64,000 nucleotides of DNA from Cyanophora paradoxa CCMP329. Lineage: Eukaryota; Plantae; Glaucophyta. The position numbers were made by a program, and so were the translations under genes. The notes beneath the pieces were generated by a model. The model was not told where the DNA came from, searched no databases, and saw only the letters and a program-made list of their open reading frames with translations. This document shows positions 1-13,509 of this stretch, one piece after another (position 1 is the first letter of the stretch; each line of letters opens with the position of its first letter). The stretch lies in assembly GCA_004431415.1 (NCBI GenBank), contig QPMI01000477.1, forward strand, positions 186,001 through 250,000. Direction: 5' to 3'.

Positions 1-3000
1 CCGCTCCCCGGGGAACGTCACCGCCCCCAGCCGCGTCGGCTGCGCGCGCCGCCCGGCCGGCGTCCCATCAGAAGGGCTGAGTGCGAGGGAGATGGGGCGG
101 GCACCTTGCGGATGGCGACCTCGGAGGGCTGGCCGCTGCCGAAGAGCGGGGGCACGCGGAGGCAGATGGCGGGCAGCGCGCCGCCCTCGGGGCGCGGGTT
201 GTCCCAGCAGAAGGGCTGCCACTTGCGCGCCCCCACCACCAGCCGCCCCGCCGCCTCCTCCCCTGGTCGCCCGCGCACGCCGTAAGAGGAATCTTTTCAG
301 AGCTCGGGGCGGAGCGGATCGCACCCTCCTGCCAGACCTCGATCTCGACGGGGAGGTGGTTGGAGACGCGGAAGGGCGCCGTCTCCTCCCTGTCGAAGAA
401 GACGTGCAGGCACGGCCTGCGCCGCGCGACGCGGGGTCGAGGTTGAGGGGCGCGGCCGGCGGCGCGCGGGAGGAGAAGACGAAGCTCGAGCGGACCCCTG
501 GAGCTCGATGTAGATGGCGAGGAGGGCGGCGGGGGCGCCCGCCGCGTCCCGCAGCTGCAGCACGATGAGGTCCGCCTTCGAGACCGGCACCGGCGGCGAC
601 CAGTGGCTGTGCAAAAGCTACAATGAGCACGCGAGAGGCGCGGGGCGGGGCGGGGCGGGGCGGGCCTGAGGTTGTCGCCGGCGAGGCGGAGCTGGAGGGC
701 GCGCCTGCCCTCGCCCGGCCAGCGCCACACGTGCGTCTCCCCGGGCTGCAGCGCACGAGGGCGACGCGGTGCGGTGAGACGGACCGAGAACCGAAGCGAG
801 GGGAAGGGCGGGGCGGGGCGGGGGACCTGGAGGTGGAGGGAGGGGGCGACGTCGGCGTCGTCGTAGAGGACGGAGCGGGCGACCAGCGGCGGGCCGCTCC
901 GGTTCGTCACCACCCACTTCGGCAGCTGCGGGGCGGGGTCGAGGCGTTGGGCTGGGGTTGGGACTAGGTTGAGGTCTCAGGCACGCACGACGAGGGCGCG
1001 GCGGGTGAGGGCCGAGCCGGTGCCGATCCAGGCGAGGGAGGGCGGGTCCACCCACACGCCCACCTGCATCCAGGTTTCAGCGGGGGGGCCGAGGGCGTGG
1101 GCGTGGGCGGGGCGGGGCGGGGCGGGGCGGGGCGGGCCTCCTCGCCGGAGCGGTACTCGACGCGGGAGACCTCGTCCCGCCTCGCGTGGTCCGCGTCCGC
1201 CCTGCGGGCCACGCAGGCCAGCCGCCCCGCCCGTGCCCGTGAGCGGCGACGCGGGGAGGGGCGGGGCGGGGCGGGGCGGGGCGGACCCCTTCGGGGGCGG
1301 GATGACGAGCGTCGCGTCGTTGCCGTCCAGCGCCAGCGGCCGCGAGAAGCTTCCGGGGCGTTAGAAGCTTCGAAATTAAAGGCGTCAGGGGCGGGCGGAC
1401 CTGACGCGGGACTCGAGGCCCTCCATCTCGGCCGGCCGCGCCAGGCAGAGGCGCGCCGCGTGGATCGCCCCGCCCACGCCCCGCGTCCCCTCCGCCAGGA
1501 TCGGGAAGGGCGCCGACCCGCCCGGCGCGATGCTCAGCGGCGCGACGCCCTGCGGTGGCCCTTAATCAGCTGCCACCTGCAACCCCCCCGCCCCTCTTCG
1601 AAGCTGCGGCGGGCCTTGGAGCGGGCGTCGTAGGCGAGGAGGGGCTCGGCGGTGCGGTTGACGAGGAGGTAGGGGAGGACCAGCGCCGCCTTGCGCGTCG
1701 TCGAGACCACCGCTGCGCCCCCGCTGCGTGAGGCGCGCGGCGGAGGTGCGGAGGGCAGGAGCGCGGGGCACCGCCGATGGTGCCGCCGACGCGGTCCGGG
1801 AGCGAGGCGCGCCCGAGCTGCAGCCGTCATCGGAAACGCGGAAAGAGCGGAGGGCAGCGGGGGCCAGCGGGGCGCGGGAGCGGACCTGGCCCTCGGAGCG
1901 TGTGACGACGAAGAGGGCGACGCAGGCGCCGCCCCCGATGGGCGCCAGCACGCACCCCGCCCGGCTCGCCTCCCGGTACCGCCCCACCCGCACCTGTCTC
2001 CCGGGCGCTCGCGCGGAGCGTTCGAACAAGAAGCGGGGGGCGCACCGGGGGCCCGAGGGTCGCCGTCGGGAAGCGCTCGCCGTCGACGATGGCGACGGAG
2101 GCGGCCAGGCTCGCCAGCTGGCCCCCCGCCCCGCCCCCGCCGCGTCGTCGGAAAGGAAAGGCCGAGGGGAAGAGAGGGGTGCCACCTCGGCGTCGTCGAC
2201 GAAGACGGCGAGCTTGCGGCCGGGGGGGACGCGCCCGGCGCCGCGCTCGACGCCGCCCACGGTGAGCACCAGCGCGAGCTCGTAGGGCGTGCGGTTGCGC
2301 AGGGAGAAGGGCGCGCAGAGGTGCACGTGGGCGACGCCGCGGGGCACGCCCCCCGCCACGTTCCGCAGGTGAGCCACGCCCACGCCCTGGAGGAACGCAG
2401 GCTCGAGATCCGGCACGGCCCGGCACGGCAAGGCTTGGCGGGGCGGGGCGGACGCGGGTGTAGAGGCAGAAGAGCTCGCCGTCGCGCCTGGAGGTCATGC
2501 GCCGCATCTTGTCCGCCCGCTCCGCCGCCACCAGCGGCACTGCGCATACGCCCCCCGGCCCGTGAGGCGCGCCGGAGGAGAGAAGGGGAGGGGGCGACGG
2601 GGCGGGGCGGGGGGCGCACGGGGCGCGCTCCACTCCATCTCGAGGCCGGGGGCGTAGGGCCGCAGGGAGAGGTAGCCGCGGGCGAGGAGGACGGGGACGG
2701 GGATGGACCAGGGGAGGGCGCGCGGGTCGCGCCGCTCGGGCGGGGCCGGGGTGGGGGAGGCGGAGGGGGCGGGGGCGCCGCGCAGGGAGGAGCCGGCGAA
2801 GACGCCGCTGTCCTCCGCCGAGGGGCGCACGCCCAGCACCGAGAAGAACTGGCGCGCCTCGGGCCGCCGGCCCCGCCCGCCCGCCCGGTTCAGCGGCGGC
2901 GGCGCCAGGTCCGGGCCCGACCCGTGCTCCACGTCCAGCGGCCGCGCCGAGCCGTCCCTCGGCGCCCCGGGCGTCCTCGGCCGCAGCGGGTCCTGGGCAA

Positions 3001-6000
3001 AAACATCAAGAGACGCTGGATCGAAGGCCTCTCAGCGGACAGCGCGCACAGTCTCCTCGTCGGACCACCAGTCGGCGTCCTCGTGCCCGTCCGAGCCGCT
3101 CACCCGCACCTCGATCGGCACGGGGCACTGCGCGAAGAGAAGCTGAGGGGCGCGGAAAGCCGAGGAAGGCAGAGCAGAGAGAATCGGGCGGACGCGGTTG
3201 ACGAGGGCGAGGGCGGAGGAGACGGCGAGGAGGGTGCCCCCGAGGTCCCCCTCGAAGCGGACGTCCACGAGGATCGCCAGGCCGCCCTTCGTCCCGAACA
3301 GCGGCGACTCCAGCGTCGCGTCCTGCCCCGCCCCTCGAGGCGGGCGAGGCGCGAGGGCGGGGCGGCGCGCACGTCGGAGTGCCGGACGCTGGGGACGGGC
3401 AGCGCGTAGCGGCCGGCGACGCCGACGGGGACCCGCCCCCGCACCTCCTCGAAGTCTGCCGGGGGCCGCCTTCAGCGGGGCCGGGGCGGGGGCGGGGGCG
3501 AGGGCGGCGGGCTGCGCGCGTCCGCCGTGGGAGCGGAGGAAGAGCTGGAGGAGGCGGGGCCGGCCGCCCGGCTCGGAGCCCTTGATCAGGCACTCCGCCC
3601 GCGCCGCCACGCGCGTCAGCTGCGCCCCGGCGCCCGCCCCCGGGGTCGGCCGCAGGGAAGCCGAGCGAGGCGCAGAGCGGGCACCGCGTTGCGGTCGACG
3701 GCGCCCTGCTTGGCGGACGCCACGCGCTGGTCTGCGGTTTTCGCGCTTAGTCGACTTATGGCATCGGATTCTGGGCTCGAAGGCGGGGCGGGGCGGGGCG
3801 GGCCGGCCCAGGACGGCTCGTAGGAGAGGAGGAAGTAGAGGGCGACGCCGAGGCGGTTGACGAGGCGGTGGGAGCCGGCGGGGACCAGCGCCCGCCGCTC
3901 CGGCCGCAGCAGCTCCAGCTCCACCTGAGCGGACGAGGCGAGGAGGTGGGCGGGGCGGGGCGGGCGGAAGAAAGCTCGACGGGGCGGACCTCGTAGGCGC
4001 GCCAGGCCTTCTCCGCCTCGGCGGCCTCGCCCGGCGGGCCGGGGGCCACCAGCTCCTTCCCCTCCTGCCCGGCCGGCTGAGGGGGCGGGGCGCGATGGCG
4101 GCGGGCGCAGGCGGGGGGCGGGCCTGGCCGGGCGGGGCGAGCTCGGGCCCGACGTAGAGATGCCGGGAGGGGAGGCAGCCCGAGAGGGCCGTCACTGCCG
4201 CCCCGTGAGTCCCGTGGGAATCCGGGAATCTAGATCCGAGCGGGGCGGGCGCACCGGCCGCGTTCTCGAAGATGACGCGGGCGAGCAGCACGGCCGTCGA
4301 GGCCGCCACGGAGACGATGTTGGGGTTCACTGAGGGGGCGGAAATGTAATCCAAGGCAAACCATCCAACTTCTAAACTGCGGCACCGTTGAGGAGGACGC
4401 TCTTGGAGGAGACGGAGAGGGCGACGCGGGGCGGGCCGAGGGGCTCCGGGTCGATGCGCGCCACGCACGCCAGCTCCATCCGCTCCAGCACCTGCCCGCC
4501 CCGCGCCCCGCCCGCTCGAGCCGGGCCGGCGCTCGAGCTGGGGCGGGCGGCACCGGCTCGTAGACGTAGGTGTCCCCGTGGAAGCAGAAGGCGGAGAGCT
4601 GCGCCCGGCGAGTGCGAGTCGGGCCCGGGCGGGCGGCCCCCGCGGAACGCGGCGAATCATCTAAAGGCGCACGGCGACTTCGAGCTGCACGTCGACGCAG
4701 CCGTTGGCGGCCGCCAGCGTCCACTTCGGCACCTTCGCCGTCGCCTTCAGCTGCCGCCCCCGCCCCGCATCGGCTTCGGGCTTAAGCTCAAGCTTGGGGC
4801 GCGGACGAGGGGCCGGGCGTAGTCGTGCTCGTCGCGGTCGTGGCGCATCTCCACCTCCACCCCCTCCAGCGTCACGTCCACCAGCTGCCGGCGCGCCCCG
4901 CTGAGGGGAAGGGCGGCGAGGCGGGGCGGGCGGGCGCGAGGGGCGCGCACCACGAGGGAGGAGGAGCCGCCGGCCGAGTGCCCCGCCGCGTCGCCCGCCG
5001 GGGAGGAGGCGGGGGCGGAGGAGGGGCCGGCGGCGGCCCCGGGCTTCCCGGCCGGCTGCTGAGCGGCGGCCGAGGGCGGGGCTTCCATGCCAGGCAGGGG
5101 CGCCTGGCATCGAAGCAATCAAAGACGCGGAGAAAGAAGGGGGAGAGCGGAGGGCGGCGGGCCTCGACGACGGCCTTGGCGATGGAGAGGGCGGGGTTGA
5201 TGCGCTTGGGGCTCACCGCCAGCCGCACGGGCGAGACCCGGCCCCGCACCGCCTCCTGCCGCCGAGTTCTCGGCGGGCGGGCGGGCGGGGCGGGCGGGAC
5301 GGGGCGGGGCGGCTCGCCTGCATCTTTGTGGCAGAGCTCCAGACCTACGTGTGCGAGAACGTCAGAGATTCTCGGATGGTACGGGCAGATTTAGATTGCA
5401 GGACGCCGATGCGGACCTCGGCGGACATGGAGAAGGGCTCGAGGAGGGGCCCCTTCCCCGGCAGCAGCGCCCACGGGCCGCTCCCGACGGCCGCCCCGAC
5501 GCCCTCCGCCCGCAGCTGCGGGGCGGCATGATCCGCGGAACACGTGGTAGAAGCAAAAAAGGGGGGCGGGGCGGGCGCGGGGCGGACGGAGAGCATGGAG
5601 TAGAGGGGCACGCCGGTGGCGACGGCGAGCTGCGCCGCCGCCGCGTCCACAAGCTCCCCCCGCAGCTGCACCGACTGCGCCGGCGGGGGCGGGGCGGGGC
5701 GCGCTCAGCGGCGGGCGGGCCGGCGCGGAAGCGGAGGGCGCACCTCGATCCACGCGACGCCGGAGGAGGGCCCGTAGCGCCCCGCGGCGCCCTCCAGCAT
5801 CGCGCTCGCCCCGTTCTCCCACGCCGCTGCGTGGCGCCGTCGGGGGGCGCGCTTGCGGGGCGGGGCGGGGCCAGGCACCGTAGAAGGGGCCGGCCACGAG
5901 GTCCACGCGGATCTGCGCGATCGGCCGTGAGCGAGCGAGCGAGCGGCCCGCCCGCCCGTCCCAGTCGAGGCGGACCTCGACGGCCTCGGGCGGGGCGTGC

Positions 6001-9000
6001 CCGAAGGGCGGGAGGCCCTCGAACGCCCCCGCAACGTCCGCGCGCTCCACCTGCGCCCCCGCCTCGCGCCGCGCGGAGCGGGGCGGGGCGGGCAGGGTCG
6101 GGGAGAAAGAAGGGGGGAGGTACCGCGGCGCGGGCGCGGGAGGTGACGGCCGAGTGGGAGCGGACCGTCGCGAGCTCCCTGTCCGCTGCCGGCGGGGCGT
6201 GAGAAGGGCAGGGCGTGAGAGGCGGGGCGGCCTCGCGGGGCGCACCGGCGACGGGGGTGAGGTCGAGCATGCGGGTGAAGTACTCGGTCAGGTCGCCGGC
6301 CAGGGGCATCAGGACCTGCGCCGGCGGGAGGGCGCCCGGCCGCCGGCGTCGAAAGAAGCTGGAGCGGGGCGGGGCGGGGCGGGGCGGGGCGGACGGTGAG
6401 GGCGAGGCCGCGCAGACGGCCGTGGAGCTCGAGGGGGAGGCTCCCGCGGGCGCGGCCGGGGCGCGGGGCGAGACCGACGACGAGGCGGAGCTCGCAGAGG
6501 TCCTCCGGCACCGGCGCCCCGCCGCCAGCGCGTTCCGCCGCGACGCCCGCCGCGCCAGCGCCGCCCCATCGCTCGCCGGGCCGTCCCGCCCGCTCCTCGC
6601 CCGCCGCCGCCGCCGCCGCCGCTCCGCCGCGTGCCCGGGCGGGGGCCGGAGTGGGGATGGGGAGGTGGTCGGGCCCGCTGGCGAGGAGCGGGGCGGGGAG
6701 CGGTGCGCGCGGGCGGGGCTCGCGTCGACGATGAGCAGCGAGGCGAGGCGGGCGGAGAGTACGAGGTCGCCCAGCGGCCGCCCCACACGCCCACCGAGCC
6801 GCAGCGCGCACGAGAGCCCGCCCGCCTCCGCCCGCGCGATGGGCGCCCGGCCGAGCCGCAGGACCATCGCCACGCACCCGATTCGCGCCGAGCCCGTCAC
6901 CAGCGCCGGGCCCTCGAGCTCCGCGGAGCCCCCGCGGGGCCCCGAAGAGGCCCCGCGGGAGCGCCAGTGGGCCGCCGCCGTCGCCGCCGCCGCCGCGTGC
7001 CACCGCGCCGCCTGCGGGTCGGCCGCCCCCGCGCCGACGGCTCCAGGCTGCGGCTCCGCTCGCGGTGCCGGGCGCCGGCGGCTCCAGACTCTGCCGCCGC
7101 TCCCCGCGGGCCGGGCCGGCCCCCGGCGCCGGCGACGGCATCGGCGGCGGGCGCGGCGGCGGCTGGTACGAGCAGACGCAGCGCGCGCTGAACGCCTGGC
7201 GCGCAGAAAGGATAAATCACACAGAGGACGCGGCCAAAATACAATAAAATCAGTTAGGGACCTTGGCGTCGGAGAGGAGGATGGAGAGGGCGCGCTGGAG
7301 GGCCGGCGCCTCCGGGTCGTCGAACTGCGCCCCGCCTTAAAAAAGGGCCCCGCGGGGGTTCGAGCCCGCGCGCACCGCCTCGAGCAGGTCGCGGTGCGAG
7401 GGCGCCCGCGAGGGCGCCCGCGCGCTCGGCGGCCCCGCGCTCGCCGCCGTCCCGAGCTGACGCGGCTCTGAGGGGGGCAAACGAAGGGGGGGGGGGGGGG
7501 TACGTGTCGCACCACCTCGCTGGGGCGCTGGGAGGGGGCGGCGGGGGCGGGCGCCCCCTCCGGGTCCCCGTGCGTCTCCGCGAAGTCCCGGAACAGGACC
7601 ACCTCCTCGTAGCTCAGCTGGGGGGTACGCCTCAGCGCGGGGAGGGGGTACGTGCGCCCGCGGGGGGTACGGGGGCACCTGGGCCTCGATCTCGGCGAGG
7701 CGGGGCGGGGGGGCGAGGGGCTCCCCCTCGGCGAGGTGCCCCCGCCACAGCGGAGCGTACTCCGCCCGCAGCTGCCTCCTCGCCGCCTGCGAACGAAGCG
7801 TCGGGGGGAGGGGGGGCGGGGAATGGGGGGGGGAGAAAGCGTGGGGGGGTACCTGGAACGCCCAGGACCAGGGGGCGCGGCGGCGGGCGACGCCCCAGCG
7901 GACCATGCGCGCCGCGTACACGAACCACTCCCCTTCGGAGCGGGGTGAGCGAGGGCGGGGAAGGGGAGGGGGGAAAGCGGGGATGCGGACGTGGGGAGGC
8001 GTGCGGGGGCGAGCGGGGCCGGAGGGCGCCCCGCAGCGCGAAGAAGTCCGGCGCCTCGAAGAACCGCAGCGCCCGCATGAGCCCCGCCGCCTGCCGGGCC
8101 GGATCAAATCTCAAGAAAAGGGGGAGGGGGGAGGAGCCGGGGGTACCTGCTCGGGGTCGAGGGTGGCCTCCAGGGAGTCGATGTCGATGCGGAGCCCCAC
8201 CGCCCCCCGCGCCCTGCGCACCGGCGCGCGCTTAGGGCGAAATAGAGAGGAGGGGCAGGGGGGTACGGGGCGCACGGGTCCAGGGGGAGGTTCCCGAGGA
8301 GGGCCCCCGCGTCCAGGCTCGCGAGGCAGCTGGGGTACGGGGATCAGCGGGGGTACGTGTTTTCAGGACTACGTTTTTCAGCGGGGGAGGGGGGGGGTAC
8401 GGACTGGATCGAGAAGGGTTCGATGACCGTCCCGACGGGCCGCTCGGACTGCAGGCTCTGCTGGGGGTACGCGGTGCGCTGGGCGGGGGTACGGCGCACG
8501 GGCCAAGGGGGGGCGGGCCGGACGGGGGAGGACCCTGGAGGTGGCAGCGGTTCCACGTACCCCGAGACGCCGTCGATCTGCGGGGTACGGGATCGGACGG
8601 ATGCGAAAGCAATGGACGGACGGATTCGAAAGCGATGGAGGGGGTACGCGAACCCGCAGGTCCTTGTAGGCGATGGCGGGCCCGTGGAGGGAGGGGGCGG
8701 GCCCGGCGTCGGTGGCCGCGACGGGCCGTGCGTCGGGCCCGCCCGTCAGGAGCGAGAGCCGCTCGACCACCGCCCCGATCGCCACGGGGCGCTGCGCACA
8801 CACCGGTACCCCGGGTCGAACCCGGCGGGGGAGGGGGTACGGGGTTCGCGCGCCTCGGGGTCGACGAAGCGGTCCTCGTAGCGGACGTGTACCCGCTGGA
8901 CGCTCACGCGGACGGAGCCGACGGCGAAGGCGACGAGGGACGAGAGGAGCGGGCCCGCCTCCGCCGCCCCGTCCCCGCCGTCCGCTGCCCGGCGGCTCGA

Positions 9001-9506
9001 CTGCGCGGGCGGAGCGCGGGGCGCGGGGGGTACCGGGCGCGAGGAAGGAGCGGCGGAGGATCTCGTCGGCGAGGAGCCGCGCCTGCTTCAGGACGTCGAG
9101 CTCCACGTCCCCGGGCTGCGCGAGGATCAAATCCGGGGCGGGGATCGAATTCGGAGCCGCCCGCCCGCGCCTCCTTCTCGTTCGGGGCGAGGAGGAGGTA
9201 CACGTCGCGGGCCTCGAGCTCCACGCGCGCCCGCGCGAACTTCACGCGCAGCTTCAGCGACCCGAGGCGCCCTGCGGCGGCCGCGCGCGGCTCAGGGCGG
9301 CTCGACGCTCGCCGGGGGCGGCGCGGACCGTCGAGGAGGACGACGGGGAGCTGCTTCATGGCGGGGAGCTCGTTGAGCTTCTCGGGGTCGACCCCGACGT
9401 CCTCCACGGCGACCTCCCCGCTCAGCACGCTGACCTGCACCCCGCGCCCGTTGAAGCGCAGGTACGGCGCCACGCCGCCAAGCAGCTTCGTGATACTCCC
9501 GCCCAT
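1..9506 (-). CDS. VPS13: VPS13-family bridge-like lipid transfer protein (multi-exon; 3' end runs off the window start)
   Basis: ATG at 9506. Chorein-N-like start MGGSITKLLGGVAPYLRFNGRGVQVSVLSGEVAVEDVGVD...GRLGSLKLRV...VELEARDVYLLLAP, then VQRVHVRYED, IGAVVERLSL, IAYKDL and VIEPFSI. Later VAB/SHR-BD-like motifs CAPFSLRNRTPYEL, VLPYLLVNRT, APFRVSNHLPVEIEVWQ and PFCWDNP. Many short (GCCCC)n-rich introns. Confidence 0.88.
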
Positions 9507-11843
9507 GGCCTCGCCCCGCACGCGTTCTCCGGCTCCGCCTCCGAGCGCTTAGTCGAAGCTAGAGCTCGCTTGAACCGACCATGCCGCTCGTGCGCCGGAG
9601 GCCGGAAACGTTAGCTACTCCGCTCTGCATGTACATTCATCGCGCTGCCGCGTGCGGCAGGGACGTGCCGCGAAGCGAGCACGGCGAGCCGCTCGTTTGA
9701 ACTCCGGACACCGCACGCGGTGCGAACGGCTGCGTCTCCTCGGCCTCGCGTTCGTTCTCGCACAGCTGCCGCCCCTAGCTGCCGTCCCGAAGGCTCAAGC
9801 TCCTGAAGGTCGCTGTACCCGGGACGGCAGGTCAAACCTCGAGCTCGGCAGAGCCAGCAGCTTCGGCGAGACGCGAAAACGATGCGAGAGCGATTTAGAG
9901 CGGCGTTTGCCGCGCCTCGGCCGATGCGATAGCGCTCACGTTCAAAGTGGGCCGGCTTTCGAGCGGAGGTCTTAGCCATGCGGCGAGCTGCACGAGGGGC
10001 CCTGCGGGGCCTCTTGCTCGCCGCGTGCGGGGCGTGCGGCGCGGCGCAGCTGGTGGAGTCGACGCGGCCCTTGAACGTGCCAACGAACACGGGTGCGGCA
10101 GCGGCCTGGGATCCGGGCCGCTGTTTCGAGCGATCGATGCTTACGCGACGGCGGCGTGCAGAGCGGAGTATCGCCGCGCTCGCCAGCGACGTGGTGTTCG
10201 GGGTCTTCTTCCTGCTCCTCTTCCTCGTCCTGCGGATGCGGTACATACGCGTCTTCGAGCCGCGCGGTGCGTGCGCCGATAGCGCATTGGATCTCCCGCT
10301 CGGCGGCGGAGCCCTCGGCTGGGCCGACTTGGCTCACGGGCCGCCTCGCGCGTGCGGGGCAGACTTCCACGGGGCGGGGGGCGTGGCGACGTCGCGCCGG
10401 CTCTTCTCCGTCGTCAAGATCCTCTACGCGAGCGACGAGGCCTTCTTCCGCAGCGCCGGCCCCGACGTGTCAGCGCCCCCCGCCCGCGCGCCCCGGCCCG
10501 CCCGCCCGCCGGCGGCCGACGACGGCCGCGCAGCTTCATGCACTCGGTCTTCCTGCGCTCGGCGACGGCGGCGTGCCTGGCCATGGGCCTGCTGGGCGCG
10601 CTCCTCCTCTTCCCCGTGAACGCGACGGACGACTACCCCGTCGACCAGCGGGACCCCCCCGTCGGCGAGGGTCCGCCCCGCCCGCCCGCCTTCCCGCCCC
10701 CGCCGCCCCCGCAGCGCTTCGCGCGGCTCTGAATCCAGGCCCGACCAGCGGGGACCGTCCTGGAGTACGTTTCGATCTGGCGCGTGTGGGACGGCTCCCC
10801 GCGCTTCACCGCCCACGTGCTCTCCATCTTCATCAACGCCGGTACCCCTCTGCCCTGCCGGCCGCGCTCTCCCGCGGCCTTCCACCGATCCCTTTCGGCG
10901 CAGCCATCGTATGCTACGTCCTCCACAAGGACTATGGCACGGTACTCGTTTCCCCGCGAGAGCACGGTACCCCTCCGTACCCCCGCCGACGTCTCCCCCC
11001 CTCCCCCGCGCCGCATCCCAGTACGTTTGGACGAGGCTGCGCGTCTGCACGGAGCCACGGCCCCAGAATTACGCTGGTACCCCCTCCGCTCTCTCCGCGT
11101 TGCGTGTACCCCTGATCCGCACCCGGCAGTGCTGCTCACCGGGGTACCGAGCGAGAGGACGGACTCCGAGCTCCGCGACGGCCTCAACGCGCTCCTGCAG
11201 GGCGCGCCTGCACCCCTCCCGCGCCTCGTACCCCCGCCCCAACTCTGCCCAGGCTCGTGCACGGGGGTGGAGCGGGTGTACAAGGACCCACGCGCGGCCC
11301 CCGCCGCCGTCCGCGGCCCTCTCTCCCCCCACGGCCAGCAGCCGCCCTCCCCGCCCGGCGCCGACCCCGCCGCCGGAGCCGCCCCCGACACGCCCGAGGC
11401 GGTGCGCCGGCCACGCTCGGGCGCCCCGCCGCGGCCGACGCGGCGCGCTCCCGCGCAGGCGGGGACCCGCTCGCGCCCCGGGTCGCCGCGCCGGCCCCCG
11501 GCTCCTCCGCCGACGGCCTCCGCAAGCGCCGGCCCCACTTCACCAAGGCCCGCAGCGCCGTACCCCCCCTCCGCTCCTCCCCGGCTCCCCGCCGACGCCC
11601 GGGGCGCAGCTGGAGAGCTTGGCGATCCAGGGCGTGCCGCGGCGGAAGGGCGCCCCGGGGCCCGGGCCCCGCTCCCTCTTCTCCCTCCGCTCCTCCTTCA
11701 GGGCGAGCGTACCTCCCCCGCCCTCTTCCCCCCCCCCCCCCCGACGATCTCGTACCCCCGGGCAGGGGTCGTTCGGGTCGTCGCGGGTCTCGTCGGGCCC
11801 GAAGGCCTCCGCCGCCGACCTGGCCCTCGCCGGTGGCCCCGCC
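8717..11843. repeat. Segmental duplication copy A (~3.1 kb)
   Basis: Colinear, highly similar to 20771-23923 (e.g. the paired 205-aa ORFs 8904-9521 and 20959-21576). Confidence 0.95.
9507..9977. promoter_or_regulatory. Bidirectional promoter region VPS13/OSCA, copy 1
   Basis: 471 bp between divergent ATGs (9506 - and 9978 +). Position-based call; no motif identified. Confidence 0.55.
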
Positions 11844-11981
11844 TTCAGGGCGAGCGTACCCCCCCCCCCCCGGCCCCTTCCCCGCCCCCCCCCCCCCCCG
11901 ACGATCTCGTACCCTGGGCAGGGTTCGTTCGGGTCGTCGCGGGTCTCGTCGGGCCCGAGGGCCTCCGCCGCCGACCTCGCC
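9978..11981 (+). pseudogene. Truncated 5' copy of the OSCA/TMEM63 (CSC1-like) channel gene
   Basis: Near-identical to 22051-23923 but homology stops at ~11843, before the C-terminal multi-TM pore region. It then has a local ~147-bp duplication and runs into unrelated sequence at ~11982. Confidence 0.85.
11695..11981 (+). repeat. ~147-bp tandem duplication at the breakpoint of the truncated OSCA copy
   Basis: ccttcagggcgagcgtacc...gttcgggtcgtcgcgggtctcgtcgggccc...gccgccgacct occurs at ~11695-11841 and again at ~11842-11981. It is single in the intact copy. Confidence 0.9.
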
Positions 11982-12249
11982 TCGATACTACTATTTATAG
12001 CGCTGCTGCTGCGGCACGTACTAGCGCAGGCCGCACAGGCGGCGAGCTTCAAGTTTTGCGGCACGAAAGGGGTTTGCCACAGACTGCCAGGCTGGCGCGC
12101 CCAAGTACCCTGAAATTTGTGTGACGGTAGACCCGGCACTGGCGGCATGTCTAGATCTTCCGGGCCGGTCGGTAGGACCAGTCTTCCGCTACTGCGCCGT
12201 ACCATGACAGCCCTACCGTAGTACTGTGTGTTATGGACGTGTTGCAAAC

Positions 12250-12322
12250 CCGGACCCAGCCGGAGTCGAACCAACGTCGAAGGGGTGTCAAGGCGGCACT
12301 TCTAAATAGGCCATCTCGCGAG
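12250..12322 (-). other. Possible tRNA-derived/SINE-head relic (Pol III B-box)
   Basis: Minus strand reads GTTGG-TTCGACT-CCGGC (T-arm, B-box GGTTCGACTCC) with a weak A-box-like TGGCCTATTTAG upstream. No convincing cloverleaf. Confidence 0.25.
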
Positions 12323-12509
12323 AGGCATGGCACCTCACACACACGCAACGTTGACATGTGGTAGCACCGCGCCTCACACGTGCACTGCACGCAACATGTG
12401 CCATGTGGTAGCAGTGCCGTACTACGGAGTCTACGTATACGGTAGCACCGCGCAGCATGCGCATGCATATCATCAGCAGCATACTACTAGTACCGGTATG
12501 TGCCAGTAG

Positions 12510-13509
12510 TAGAGCTTCGGCTCGAGCCGAGCCGGCTCGAGCGAGCCCGGCTCGAGTCGACCGTTTTCCGGCTCGAGCCGGCTCGTGGCGAGGGGCGGCT
12601 CGCTCGAGCCGGGGGCTCGAGCCGGGGGAAGGGGGCTGGCTCGAGCCAGGGGGTGCGAGCTAGGTCCGACGGTCGAGCCGCCCATGGCCAGCCGGCGCCG
12701 GGGCTCGAGCCGGGGGCCGGGGGGGGGGAGGTGGCCTATGACGGATCGGAAACAGCTCATTTCTAGTGCGTGTCGCGGGCCTGAGTCATCAAATACAGGC
12801 TAGCCTGCCTCTATTCTGTAACATTATTGCCCTCCTCCCTGCCCCCGTCCCCCTTTCCCCCGACCAATCTTCCCCGAATGCTCTGAGCCCGGCGGCGGCG
12901 GCTCCACCAGGCTTGCTCTCGGACGAGCGAGCCCCCGACCCGACCCGCCGTGCCGACGACACGGCGGGCCGTACTCTAGCGTGTACAGAGTGGTTTAGAT
13001 TATAGTGCGCCTTCTCGGAGGCCCTAGCTTACTAGGCATAGCGCTAGCTACAGCTGCAGCTCACTTCGCTGCCCACCTCTGATTTCTATTCTCGTCCCTG
13101 GGTAGTCACTCCCCTTCCCGCGTAGGATCTTTCCTGTGCTGCAGCTCTAGACTTAGTCCCCGGGGTAGCGTCTCCAGTTATTTCCATATCCGAGCTCCAC
13201 CCGGTCCGATGTCCGAAAGGCTTAGTCCCGTAGGTTCATCTCTCGACTTGACACAGATGGACACCTCAGTTATATCTCTAGCCATTTGTCTCGGTGTGTG
13301 CGAATTCATTGATATAATATTCTGTAACATTATTTGCATTCTGCATGTATGCGCACGAGCTAGAGGCCAAGGTTTCTCCGCGCGCCGAAGTCCGGGACTG
13401 GGGTACCCCCCCGTAGGCTGGCTCGAGCCGGCTCGAGCTGGCTCGAGGCTGGAGCGGGCTGGCTCGAGCTGGCTCGAGCCGGGGGGTTCTTGCTCGAGCC
13501 GAAGCTCTA
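12510..13509. mobile_element. Non-autonomous hAT-superfamily element (MITE), 1,000 bp
   Basis: 18-bp TIRs TAGAGCTTCGGCTCGAGC (12510-12527) / GCTCGAGCCGAAGCTCTA (13492-13509). Perfect 8-bp TSD GCCAGTAG (12502-12509 and 13510-13517). Many subterminal GCTCGAGC repeats at both ends. No transposase ORF. Confidence 0.92.

Noticed and set aside
1-9600. Long Arg/Pro/Gly/Ala-rich ORFs on both strands (e.g. 5362-7602, 1691-3409)
   Set aside because: These are artefacts of very high GC and read-through of stop-free introns. The real coding signal is the spliced VPS13 on the minus strand.
12250-12322. Functional tRNA gene
   Set aside because: Only the T-arm/B-box is convincing. The acceptor and anticodon stems do not pair.
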